A DNA stretch of 63,186 bases, filler included, from Octopus bimaculoides (taxonomy: Eukaryota): the NCBI RefSeq assembly GCF_001194135.2. It is 4 parts of 4 records of this genome, joined end to end, with 100 filler letters (N's around TTAATTAATTAA, not from the genome) between each part and the next. Parts side by side here need not be neighbours in the genome. Positions count along the whole stretch, not along the records: positions 1 to 17,151 come from NC_069002.1; positions 17,252 to 31,516 come from NC_068981.1; 2 more parts are not named here. The stretch is one strand, 5' to 3'. The notes beneath the pieces are model-generated. The model was given only the letters and a program-made list of their open reading frames with translations. It was not told the DNA's origin and made no database searches. The number at the start of each line of letters is the position of its first letter. Position 1 is the first letter of the stretch. The position numbers were made by a program, and so were the translations under genes. Positions 12,501-24,452 of this stretch are shown here, in pieces.

Positions 12501-13717
12501 TGATGTTTTTGTATACCTTATTACACTGGAGAGTCAAGCTATTTTCTGTCAAAAAGTCATTATTTTTTCTCATTGTGAAATGTTTACATTCTACTGAGTG
12601 ATTTTTTTCTTTTTATTTCCTGAGCTGTTGTTTTTTACATGAGTTAAACACACAGTGTTGTCGCTATGGCTCTTAGCTATCTTGAGCTGAATGGAGATAC
12701 AAATAAAAAAAAAAACATTATGTTTCAAAATCTATAAAACAACAGACTTTATTTATCTCATGATATTGGAGACTTCTCTTAAAATATTGAAAAATGAATA
12801 CCTTTTTTCCTTCAGTTATTCTTAGTAAATACCTAATTTTTTCAGAGAAATAACACATACATTTGCTTACATTGTGTGACTTGGCTCTCCATCCCTCATC
12901 CATAGACAGACTTTGGACATGGTTTTATTCCCCATCTATCCGTTACATGCTTCCAGTAGTCAGCCTTCCTATCCCCTCTTCAAATGGCACAGAATTTAAT
13001 TTGCATCCGATGTCGTTATCCTTTCATAAACTTCAGATGATCACTTTCCATTTTTTCTTTAGTGACTTCTTTCTATTCATCTTCAGTGGTTTTCCAGCCT
13101 TCTGCAGTTTTCATTTCTGCTCTCATCACCGCAAGACAATGAGGTGGTTCTGTTGATTGCAATTTCTAGTCTTGTGTCGGAGACCACTCAGATTCCTGGT
13201 CGTCATCAGTCCTTGGTGTAGATCTGACGTGGAAGATAAAATGGAAGAGATCCAAAGATGATGCTGCAATAATATTCTATGTGGTTATAGATATTTATGG
13301 AAGCCTGAAGGGGCATAAACACAGGGATATAGATTTTAAGAACTATGTCTTTCATGTCTAGAGAGCTTTCCATTTTTAATATTCTAAATGCATTCCGGTG
13401 GCTTCTGTACTGGTGGTCTATAGCAGAAGTCTGTGAAGGTGGCCTATGGCCTTGTCTCTATAGATGGTCTATAAAAGTATACAATGGGAGTACCCTGTTG
13501 GGGGTGGCCTGTGATAGAATTGGGCCATCCAGTTTTCTATTCAGTTTGCTATGATTTGTTAAGAAGAGATTAAAGGTCTGAAGCAGGGTTGAATAAATGT
13601 TGTGTATAAGATTGGCTAAATGTGGGACTTGTAGACATTTGTACAATGTCTTGCCTTCTTTTATTTTATAAATGTTGTAGACATATGTGTGTGTATATGT
13701 ATTTCTAGTATTTTGTT

Positions 13718-13723
<6 letters not shown>

Positions 13724-13792
<69 letters not shown>
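13724..13792. repeat. (TG)n microsatellite
   Basis: Directly visible. Confidence 0.95.
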
Positions 13793-13794
<2 letters not shown>

Positions 13795-14599
13795 TCAGTT
13801 TTGCTACGTTTGATAATATTTGTTCAGCGAATAACAAAGATGGTGGAGACAACAAATGTTATCTTGTAGCTTGTTGTTCCTTTAGAGACTGTCTTGTTGA
13901 TGGTTCATGTAAAGTTGGAGTCATTGTGTAGCAGCTCAGTGTGAGGTGTGGTGGGAGGAAGTAGACGTTGAGGTCGTTTGTATAAGAGACTGTGAGGGGA
14001 TAGGAGGAGTAGAAGGGGGAGGAACTGATAATTCTTTGCCATGTGAGTGACTTTGTTCATGGATATTAACTTTNNNNNNNNNNNNNNNNNNNNNNNNNNN
14101 NNNNNNNNNNNNNNNNNNNNNNNNNNNNNNNNNNNNNNNNNNNNNNNNNNNNNNNNNNNNNNNNNNNNNNNNNNNNNNNNNNNNNNNNNNNNNNNNNNNN
14201 NNNNNNNNNNNNNNNNNNNNNNNNNNNNNNNNNNNNNNNNNNNNNNNNNNNNNNNNNNNNNNNNNNNNNNNNNNNNNNNNNNNNNNNNNNNNNNNNNNNN
14301 NNNNNNNNNNNNNNNNNNNNNNNNNNNNNNNNNNNNNNNNNNNNNNNNNNNNNNNNNNNNNNNNNNNNNNNNNNNNNNNNNNNNNNNNNNNNNNNNNNNN
14401 NNNNNNNNNNNNNNNNNNNNNNNNNNNNNNNNNNNNNNNNNNNNNNNNNNNNNNNNNNNNNNNNNNNNNNNNNNNNNNNNNNNNNNNNNNNNNNNNNNNN
14501 NNTATACATATATATATATATATATATATGTATATGTATACATGTATATGTATGTTTAAGTATGTAGATTACAGCATTTAAGTATGTATAAACTGTGTT

Positions 14600-14648
<49 letters not shown>

Positions 14649-15165
14649 CTGTGTTTAGATGTGTAGATTATTACATTTATGTTTGTAGATGATGCGTATG
14701 TATGCATATAAATGTGTGTGTACCTTTGCTTAAGTGTTGATTACAACATTTATGTATGTTTATGCTGTGTATATATATGTGTATGTCTGTGTTTAGGTGT
14801 GTAGATTATTGCATTTATGTATCTACTGTATATGTGTGTGTGTATGTATATATATATATACATATACACACAGGAGGGCGATTGGGATCATGTGGATGAG
14901 GAAGGTGTGATCCAGAGAAGAGTGGACAGCCTGCTGTGACAAGCGGTGTCAAATGGACACCCGGCAGACTGGTCAGTCAAGGTGATATATATACACACAC
15001 ATTGTATCTGTGTTTCGGAATGTAGGTTACTGCATTTAAGTATGTATAAGCTGTATACACACACACACATAGTGTATATATGTGTGTATATCTGTGTTTA
15101 AGTGTGTAGATTATTTTTGTATATGCTGTGTGTATGTGTGTGTGTGTATGTGCATGTGTGTACAT

Positions 15166-15436
15166 ACAACTGTTCATCGTCATCTTCAACAACTTGGAAA
15201 TGTTCCTAAACTTAGAAAATGGGTGCCTCATGAATTGTTCGAAAGTAACCGCAAATCCCAAGTTGACATCTGCTCTTATCTCCATTCTCGTGAACTCATT
15301 TCACCCTTTTTGGATAAACTTGTGACTGGTGACGAAAAATGGATCTTCTATCGAAATGTTAAACATCGTAAGCAGTGGCTTGGTAAAAGGGAAAAAGCTG
15401 AACCACAACCGAAAAGGGAACTTCATGGGATTGCAA
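15166..15436 (+). mobile_element. Mariner transposase fragment running into a gap
   Basis: TVHRHLQQLG...KWVPHEL...FLDKLVTGDEKWIFYRNVKHRKQW contains the mariner WVPHEL and first catalytic D (TGDEKW) motifs. Confidence 0.9.
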
Positions 15437-16160
15437 NNNNNNNNNNNNNNNNNNNNNNNNNNNNNNNNNNNNNNNNNNNNNNNNNNNNNNNNNNNNNNNN
15501 NNNNNNNNNNNNNNNNNNNNNNNNNNNNNNNNNNNNNNNNNNNNNNNNNNNNNNNNNNNNNNNNNNNNNNNNNNNNNNNNNNNNNNNNNNNNNNNNNNNN
15601 NNNNNNNNNNNNNNNNNNNNNNNNNNNNNNNNNNNNNNNNNNNNNNNNNNNNNNNNNNNNNNNNNNNNNNNNNNNNNNNNNNNNNNNNNNNNNNNNNNNN
15701 NNNNNNNNNNNNNNNNNNNNNNNNNNNNNNNNNNNNNNNNNNNNNNNNNNNNNNNNNNNNNNNNNNNNNNNNNNNNNNNNNNNNNNNNNNNNNNNNNNNN
15801 NNNNNNNNNNNNNNNNNNNNNNNNNNNNNNNNNNNNNNNNNNNNNNNNNNNNNNNNNNNNNNNNNNNNNNNNNNNNNNNNNNNNNNNNNNNNNNNNNNNN
15901 NNNNNNNNNNNNNNNNNNNNNNNNNNNNNNNNNNNNNNNNNNNNNNNNNNNNNNNNNNNNNNNNNNNNNNNNNNNNNNNNNNNNNNNNNNNNNNNNNNNN
16001 NNNNNNNNNNNNNNNNNNNNNNNNNNNNNNNNNNNNNNNNNNNNNNNNNNNNNNNNNNNNNNNNNNNNNNNNNNNNNNNNNNNNNNNNNNNNNNNNNNNN
16101 NNNNNNNNNNNNNNNNNNNNNNNNNNNNNNNNNNNNNNNNNNNNNNNNNNNNNNNNNNNN

Positions 16161-16220
<60 letters not shown>

Positions 16221-16221
16221 A

Positions 16222-16837
16222 AAATGGAAAGAAGAAGACAAAGAAAATTCTTTAACACATCTTCAATTATAAGTTACAAATGTTTCTGTACCATCTCCAT
16301 TTACAAATCACGTCATATTTGCGGTTTTAGACATTGGAGCGGCACTTTATCAGACTTGCATCAAAGGTGTGCTATTACATAGTGTGTCCTTCAGATTCCT
16401 CTTCCTCCTCCTTATTAATCCCCATTTTCCTTTTCCCCTCCTACTTCACTTTCGTCTTCTCCTGATCATTTGCCTCCCTCCTCCTTTCCTTTCTCCCTCC
16501 TATCATTATACATATCCAAACTGTAGTTACCCCCCCACACACACATACACATAATAATATCTTCCCCACAGACTCATTCCACATCCACACTTTTAATTTT
16601 TTATTTTTTATTTCCTCCGGATACTTTCCTAGCAACAATGTCCGATAGATGTACAATTTAATAACACACCTTTGATGCAAGTCTGATGAAGTGCCGTTCC
16701 AATGTCTAAAACCGAAAATATTGTGATTTTTCATTTGGAATTTTTGCATAAACTGACAAATGGAAATGGTACAGAAACATTTGTAACTTATAATTAAAGA
16801 TGTGTAAATGAATTTCCTCTGTCTTCTTCTTTTCATT
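16222..16837. repeat. Inverted repeat pair with ~160-180-bp arms and ~280-bp spacer
   Basis: 16222-16377 is approximately the reverse complement of 16659-16837; both arms give the same pseudo-peptide RRRQRKF..TS.IISYKCFCTISI on opposite strands. Confidence 0.8.
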
Positions 16838-17034
16838 GAATTATTTCCTCTTCGCTCAACCCACATGACAGTATAATCGTCGTGAAACTTGGATTATCTA
16901 CACCAGAACTATTCTGGCCTTGGCTTGGATCCCAACAGCGTTGACAGTCCAATATTTGGGTTGAGCACTTCTTTGGAAAGACTCCAATTTCAAACCCAAC
17001 CTGACCTTATATATATATATATTTATATATATAT

Positions 17035-17151
<117 letters not shown>

Positions 17152-17339
17152 NNNNNNNNNNNNNNNNNNNNNNNNNNNNNNNNNNNNNNNNNNNNTTAAT
17201 TAATTAANNNNNNNNNNNNNNNNNNNNNNNNNNNNNNNNNNNNNNNNNNNNACACACATACATATATACACACGTATATATATATGTATATATATATATA
17301 TATATATCATTGTTTAACATCCTCCTTCCATGGTGGCAC

Positions 17340-17569
17340 CAGTGGTTCCCAACGTGGGCAGTATTGCTTCCCTGGGGCGATGGACAGTTCCAGTGGGGCA
17401 TTGAAGAAAAGTGAGGCGATAATGGGGTAGCGATTCATGTAAAGCAACAAAACAATGGGTTCATTGGGTTAAGAGGTCTATGTTTGTGATGGTTAGTTGG
17501 AATGGGGGCACTAGGAATGTGGTCTGAATGTCAAGGGGGCGGCATCCCAAAAAAGTTTGGGAACCACTG
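17340..17569. mobile_element. hAT-type (Charlie-like) MITE
   Basis: Perfect 13-bp TIR CAGTGGTTCCCAA...TTGGGAACCACTG; an 8-bp TSD is not recognisable. Confidence 0.75.
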
Positions 17570-18041
17570 ACTTGGATGGTTTGACAGGAGCTGGCCTGGC
17601 AGGAGACTACACCATACTTCTGTGTCTGCTTTGGCATGGTTTTTACAGCTGGATGCCCTTTCTAACATCAACCACTCCTTAGAGTGGGCTGAGTGCTTTT
17701 TACGTGGAACTTGCACAAGTGAGGTCAATTTTGGCATGGTTTTTACAGCTGAATGCCATTCCAAATGCAACCACTTTACAGTGTGGACCGGGTACTTTTT
17801 AAGTGGCACATACTCTGGTGGGGTCACCAAATAACTTTGCAAGACAAGGAGTCTTTGAAAGAGGAGGGAGCATTGGAGGGTGTGATCTTGTGTCAGATGA
17901 TGAAAGATTACAGTGTGACAGAGAGGCAGCATATACGTGCAAGGAACTGTGCAAGCATTGATTTGTGGGTTTGATTCTGGCTTGAGTTAGCTCATCATTT
18001 TTCAGACAACTGTTTATATATAAATGTTGCTTTAAATTGGA

Positions 18042-18081
<40 letters not shown>

Positions 18082-18344
18082 ATTATTATTATTATTATGA
18101 TATATTATCATATAGTTATTATTGTACTTAATAAACTTCCATAGTTGCTTTATCTCTGTAACTTACAAAGCTTTCTGGTTTGTTTATAAATACATGCAGT
18201 AGTGGACAGTTAAAGTATATATTCATAGAATTTGGCTGAAATTGATGGGTAAGTATTTGACCCAATCAGATGCACAAAGAATCATGTAAGTGTTGATTTG
18301 TGGTTTCGATTCCAACTTGGATTAGCTCATAATTTTTTAAATCA

Positions 18345-18600
18345 ATTCATCATCATCATCATCATCGTTTAACGTCAGTTTTCCATGCTGGCATGGATTG
18401 GACGGTTCGACTGGGATCTGAGAAGCCAGGAGGCTGCACCAGGCCCCAATCTGATCTGGCAGTGTTTCTACAGCTGGATGCCCTTCATGACGCCAACCAC
18501 TCTAAGAGTGTAGTGGATGCTTATGTGCCACTGGCACAGGGACCAGAGGAGCTGGCATTGGCCACGATCGGATGGTGCCTTTTACGTGCCACCAGCACGG
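18345..18600 (-). mobile_element. RTE-LINE 3'-end repeat with (GAT)n tail (5'-truncated LINE or partner SINE)
   Basis: Core gagtggttggcgttaggaagggcatccagctgtagaaa...gttaaacgatgatgatg recurs at ~22064-22420(-), 23560-23760(+), 32400-32760(-), 33050-33461(+), 34170-34350(-), 40607-40772(+), 41659-41765(+), 42330-42520(-), 52140-52310(+), 55630-55906(+) and 57020-57477(+). Confidence 0.8.
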
Positions 18601-18759
18601 AATTGTTTATATATGGTTAAGTGAGCAGGCCAACATTGCCTTTCATTGGAAGGCAAGTCATTGCAGGGTTACCCATTTACAGCTGAGTGGACTGAAACAA
18701 TGTGAAATGAAGTGTTTTGTTCAAGAACACAATGTACAGCCAATCTGGGAATTGAAACC

Positions 18760-19034
18760 TGTTATAACGTAGATCCTCATTGTATGATATTGTCGGCACT
18801 GTAATATTATTGTCCCCACTATTATGTTGTGGTAGTATCCCATATCTTATTATCTTTGACTTGTCTATCATGATATCACTGATAGCTGAGAAGATAATGA
18901 CTTTGAAACGTCTACCTTGATGGTAACTTGAACTCATACATATCACATAACTGACACTGACTCCAGCTGAGAACTTCCTACAATGACTCCACTACTACTG
19001 ACTTCCTACAATGACTGACTGTCTGACCGTAACA
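18760..19034 (-). repeat. 3' LTR
   Basis: TGTTA...TAACA termini; aligns by eye with 21448-21713. Confidence 0.8.
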
Positions 19035-20355
19035 TGCTTTTTAGTTTCACAAATACCTTCTGGCATTTTTCTGACCAAAACCAGTTTGCATCCTTTTTTA
19101 ACTGCTCATTTAGTGGAGCCCTTGTGTGGTGTATGTTTGGGATGTATACTTGATAGTAATTTACCAAACCTAAAAATGCTTGTAACAATTTAAGGGTCAT
19201 TGGGGGAGGCATATTCCTTATAGCCATCGCCCTTGATGGGTCTGGCCTTCATCCCTTTCGTCAATTACTTGACTTAAATATTTGATTTTTTTTACTCAAA
19301 AATTCACACTTTTCCTCTGTTAGTCTAAACCTGTATTCATTTATTTTTCTGAATATATTTTTAATGTTTGAAGTGTTGCTCCATTGACTCGCTCTTTATC
19401 AAAATATTATCAAGATATGCGATAGCAAAGTCACAATCATTTAACATTGCGTCCATCACTTGTTGGAATATGGGAGGTGCTACTTTCATTCTAAAAGGAA
19501 GCCGCTTGAAGTTATACAATCTATGGTGTGTGTTGATTGTTAAAAGGTGTGCACAATCTTCTACCTGTATCTGCAGATAGTCCTCCGTGAGGTCTAACTT
19601 TGAGAAAATTTTTCCTCTATTTAGTTTTGAGAACGCTTCTGGGTTTGGTAATGGATAGTTGTGTTTGACTAAACAGACATTTAATCCAGTTGAAAAGTCT
19701 GTACACACTCTTAGTTTAGTATTTTTTCTTTACATAAATCGTCAGTGCTGTCCAGTCTAAATGGTTGACTTTTTCAATTATAGCTAGACTTTCTAGTCTT
19801 TCTAGCTCTTTATTGACCTGGTCCAACGCGGCAAATGGCATGTTCCATTTGGGCCTAAAAACAGGCGTTACCCTTTCTTTTACTGTGATCCTCACTTTTG
19901 TTTTAGTGCAACAACCTAATCCTTCCAAAAAAAAAACATTTAGAAACAGTTTTAAAATTTTTTGTATCAGTTGTTCGACTTCATTCAAACTTTTGACCAG
20001 GCTGACTACATTTTCACAGAGAACACTAATGGAGGTATCCCACATTTTAAATAATTCCATGCATTCTGTGTCAAATAGGTTTAGCAATTTTTTCAATGAT
20101 TGTCATTTTTGTTTCACCTCAAAAAGTTACATTGCAAATACATTCACTGATGAAATATAATTTCTTTCCTGTAACATCAGATGCTGCTTTATTTGATTTA
20201 AATAATTTCGGCTTACCTATTTGTTGCCATGTTTCTTCATTTATGATAGTGATATCACTACCCATGTCTAATTGCATTTTGACACGAGTGGTTATGATTT
20301 TCACCTTGAGAAATTTTCTGTTCATTGTACAAACATTTTTCTCTGATGACAAACT
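19035..20355 (-). pseudogene. Gypsy pol remnant (protease and RT; no RNase H core or integrase)
   Basis: QLDMGSDITII (DTG-type protease), FSKLDLTEDYLQI, RLPFRMKVAPPIFQQVM, AYLDNILI (YLDD degraded), LQAFLGLVNYY...W.WSEKCQKVF; frameshifts and stops. Confidence 0.88.
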
Positions 20356-20399
20356 ATTTTTTCTCGTTTGGTCTAATTTTTCATCATCTTAGTTCTGCA

Positions 20400-21290
20400 G
20401 TGCAATTTAATGTGTCCTGTGTTCCCACAATGAAAGCACTTTGCTTTTATGAATGGACACTATTTTCTCAGGTGCCTACCACCGCATGCCATACATGGGT
20501 TTATCTCCTGTTGTATATTGTGTTTTTTGTGAAACACTTTATCCCTCTTCCAACACTTCCACACTGGTTTTATCTGTAAATAATCTCTGCATTGGATTTC
20601 TTCTGTGCTGTGCCTTACTTTTACATATTGCATGCTTCTGAGAGTTTCTGGGGAGTTATATCCTGGTTCATTTCCAGCTTTGTGAGAATTTTCATTCTGA
20701 CTTCTGTGTCCTTTTTAGAAGTAAGTCCCTGAGCAAAAATCAGGCGCTTGAATGAGTTTGGAGTTAGTTTATCCAGTTTAAATCTCTTGCACTCTCTGTT
20801 CACTCTACCCACATGTGGTAAAGTCTTTGTCATCGCTTTTCTCCAAGTTCAAATATTTCCAACATGTGTTGAATAATGACATTTTTTCACTGAAATGTCA
20901 ATAAAATGTCAATTGTATCCATGAAATTTATGTCAGAAACTTTTTTAGGCAATATAAAGTTACAGTATTTCTCATGCTCTATTGTCACCAGTTTCCTCAG
21001 AATTAGAATGGTTTTCATTTCCTCCATCCAGTGTTAGCATTCTTTTTTGAAAATTTGTTTAAATCTTTGGTAATATACCTCAAAAGTGACTCCTTCTTCT
21101 GAGACATATTTAAATTCACTTATTGAATTTGCTACATGGTCTGACAAAATATATTTTCTGGTTTTGTTACTAATTTCTTTAGTTATAGCATTTGTTGCTG
21201 TAACATTTGTTTTTTTTTGTTGTTGCTGTTTTCGCAACTCAACTAGACCCTCTAACAAGTTTTCCATAATTTTATGGATTTTTCATAAAA
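20400..21290 (-). pseudogene. Gypsy gag remnant with CCHC zinc knuckle
   Basis: DHVANSISEFKYVSEEGVTFEVYYQRFKQIF; FKRLIFAQGL...VRMKILTKLE; CMACGRH...CPFIKAKCFHCGNTGHIKLHC near 20400-20490. Confidence 0.78.
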
Positions 21291-21433
21291 TATGTACAAC
21301 AAAAGTGTTTGCTACTCCTCTGTCAAGATTTTAATTTCTCCAAGGGAAAATCTTTCAATGTCGTCCACATGAATTGTTTATTTTTCTCTGGAAAAAAAAA
21401 TTTTTTTCAACATTGTCTGCATGAATTGTTTAT

Positions 21434-21447
21434 ATCCTCATAGCCAC
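21434..21447 (-). promoter_or_regulatory. Putative primer-binding site
   Basis: Minus strand reads TAACA-G-TGGCTATGAGGAT directly after the 5' LTR, resembling a decayed TGGCGACGAGG PBS. Confidence 0.55.
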
Positions 21448-21713
21448 TGTTATAATGTGGATCCCTGTCCACTTGTATGTTACTGTCAGCACTGTAATAT
21501 TCTTGTTGCTACTATCATGTTGTGGCAGTATTCCGCATCTTATTTTTTACTCATCTATTGTGCTGTTGCTGATAGCTCGGCAAGACAATGACTTTGAAAT
21601 GTGTACCTTGATGGTAACTCAAACTCGTATATGTCACATAACTGACCTTGACCCCAACTGAGAACTTGTACAATGATTCTACTACTACTGACTTCTACAA
21701 TGACTGACTGTCT
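21448..21713 (-). repeat. 5' LTR (outer end eroded)
   Basis: Shares tgttataa, gcactgtaatatt, aatgactttgaaa, accttgatggtaact, ctgagaactt and tacaatgactgactgtct with 18760-19034. Confidence 0.78.
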
Positions 21714-23308
21714 AGCTTTATAGTGGCTTTATACCACTTTGCCACCTGGGAATGGGAGTACCATTTTTACTACAACAAAACCACAATCCCAAGATCGTTA
21801 GTGCAACGCACCTAACTTTTAGGCTACACTCCTTCACAATATATAAACATACACACACACTTGAGTAGGAAAATAAACAATAGTATCATTCAATACACTT
21901 AGTTAAAGCTGTATGTTTTTAATAACAGGCTGACTCAGCTCCATGTTATTTAGTTTCCTAGATGCAGAATACATCCAAATCCTCAGATGCATAGAGTGAA
22001 GAGAACATTTTGGGTTCCACTAGTCAGTTCAGGTCATGTGTCTATGCTCGCAATCCTCTCACTCATCATCATCATCATCATTTAACGTCTGCTTTCCATG
22101 CTAGCATGGGTTGGACGATTTGACTGAGGACTGGTGAAACCAGATGGCTACACCAGGCTCCAATCTGATTTGGCAGAGTTTCTCCAGCTGGATGTCCTTC
22201 CTAACGCCAACCACTCCGAGAGTGTAGTGGGTGCTTTTACGTGCCACCGGCACGAAGGCCAGTCAGGCGGTACTGGCAACGGCCACGCTCAAAATGGTGT
22301 ATTTTATGTGCCACCTGCACAAGAGCCAGTCCAGGGACACTGGCAATGATCTTGCTCGAAAGTCCTTACACATGCCATGGGCACAAGTGCCAGAAAGGCG
22401 ACGCTGGGCACAGGTGCCATCACAATTTCGCTTGCGCTTCATAAATGTTTCGAGGCATAGTCAAGTGGTTAAGAAGTTTGCTTTTAAATACAAGGCTTTG
22501 GGTTTAATCTCGTAGTTTTGCTCTTGGGTAAGAATCTCAAGTTGACCAAAGCATTGATGAGTGAAATTAGAAAATTGTGAGGCAATTTGTCAAAAGGACT
22601 GTTCACATTCATAAATTGTGAACATAATTTTTCACATAGTTTACACCACCTCATGGTCATTGAGCGCCTTTTGTGGAGTTTGATTTATTGTATGCATTTC
22701 AATCAGATCTCAGAGGCACAGAAAAGGGCCAGGAGCATGCCTCCATCCTCTCCCTAAATGAATGAAATATAATTTTAAAAATGTTTTTAATGCTGTTTCC
22801 ACAGCAATTGCCACAAAAAAAAAATTATGCATTAAGAATCACTCCTCTATCTCACTATACAATTTTCCATTGAATAAGGTTATTATTGTAATTAGTGAAA
22901 TTTCTTCTAGCTTTACATTTTGAGTTAGAATTTTGCCAAGATTGACCTTAACCTTTCATCTTTTTGAGGTCAATAAAATAAGTATTAGTTGAGTACTGTG
23001 GTCAAATAATTGACTTCCCCTTCTCCTCAAAATTGCTGGCCTTGTGCCAAAATAAGAAAGGATCATTGTCATCATTATTAGAGTAGTGAGCTGGTAGAAT
23101 TGTTACCATTTCGGACCAAATGCTTTGCAAGATTTCTTCCAGCTCTTTACTTTTAGAGTTGAAGTCTGCCAGGGTTGATTTTGCCTTTCATCCTTTTGGA
23201 GGTTGATAAAATAAGATACAAGTTGAGCAAGAGAGTCAATATAATTAACTTCCCCACTCCTACTAAAATTGCTGGCTTTGTGCCAAGATTTGGAACCATC
23301 ATCATCCA

Positions 23309-23484
23309 CAGAGGCAAAGTGGCTGAGTGCTTTTCGAGTGTTGGGCCGCTCGGAGACAAAGTGACTGAGTTCCTTTCAAGCACTGGACCTCACGGAGGCA
23401 AAGTGGCTAAGTTCCTTTTGAGTATTGGCCCTCATGGAGGCAAAGTGACTGAGTTCCTTTCGTGTGTTGGGCCTCATGGAGGCA
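23309..23484. repeat. 42-bp minisatellite, ~4 diverged copies
   Basis: Unit ggaggcaaagtgactgagttcctttcgagtgttgggcctcac; 14-aa periodicity in ORF 23175-23603. Confidence 0.85.
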
Positions 23485-24389
23485 ATGACCAAGACCTTTG
23501 GCATTATGTCATGCTTGAGAAGAAAACCCATCAAGCCGAGCAAAATCATAGTCATGGCAGATACCAGTGTGGCACAAATGTCACTCGTGCCAGCAGCACG
23601 TAAAAGCACCCATCACACTCTCGGAGTGGTTGGCATTAGGAAGGGCATCCAGCTGTAGAAAACCATGCCAAATCAGACTGGAGTTTGGTGCAACCTTCTA
23701 ACTTACCAACCCTGGTCAAACCATCCAGACATTAAATGGTGATGATGATGAAGATGAAAAATGTATGGTGGCAAGCTGGCGAAACCATTAGCACATCAGG
23801 CAAAATGCTTAGAGACATTTCATCCATCTACACATTCTAAGTTCAAATTCCGCTGAGGTCGACTTTGCCTTTCATCCTTTGAGGGTCAATGAAATAAGTA
23901 CCTGTAACACACTGGAGTCAATTTAACTGAGTAGCCCCCGCTCTCCCACAATTTCAGGCCTTGTGCCTATAGTAGAAAGGATTATTATTATTATTATTAT
24001 TATCATGAAAAGTATTTTTTGATAGGATCAAGCAAGTTTCTACTGTACCATCTGGTTTTCATCTCAGCGTTCCTGAAATGTCTGCAGGATTGTATTCTTA
24101 TGTTTGTAATGATTGGGGGAATATAGACTCTTCCTGTCGGTGTACTGCATCAGTTTGTTTTGTTATGAGGTTTAGTTGCTCTTTTTCTTATTATGTTAGT
24201 GTATGTTCTGTTGTGTGTGGTGAGTGTAATGTGAGTTGTGTTATTTTATGGAGCCATAAAAAAATTAAATAAAATGAAATAAATTTGCCCATCTTTTACA
24301 CCAAGACAAAACATCATGCATATGATAACACTTCCAATCAGTTAAGATCAGAAGCCATGAGAGCCAGTGCTTGGTACTGCATTAGGGTA

Positions 24390-24452
<63 letters not shown>

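Larger units (their letters stand above)
18760..21713 (-). mobile_element. Decayed, internally deleted Ty3/Gypsy LTR retrotransposon (Mag/K02A2.6-like)
   Basis: Two diverged direct repeats both starting TGTTATAA, a PBS-like motif, and gag-protease-RT remnants in Gypsy order. Confidence 0.88.

Noticed and set aside
12900-13650. Possible decayed CR1/L2-type RT on the minus strand (HIEYYCSIIFGS)
   Set aside because: Motif similarity too weak to support by eye
17196-17207. TTAATTAATTAA island between N runs (also 31561-31572 and 60776-60787)
   Set aside because: Identical 12-mer flanked by similar-length N runs is a six-frame stop linker from assembly; adjacency across these points is uncertain
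23309-23484. 42-bp and 71-bp arrays as CRISPR-like repeats
   Set aside because: Head-to-tail units with no unique spacers, eukaryotic context, no cas genes
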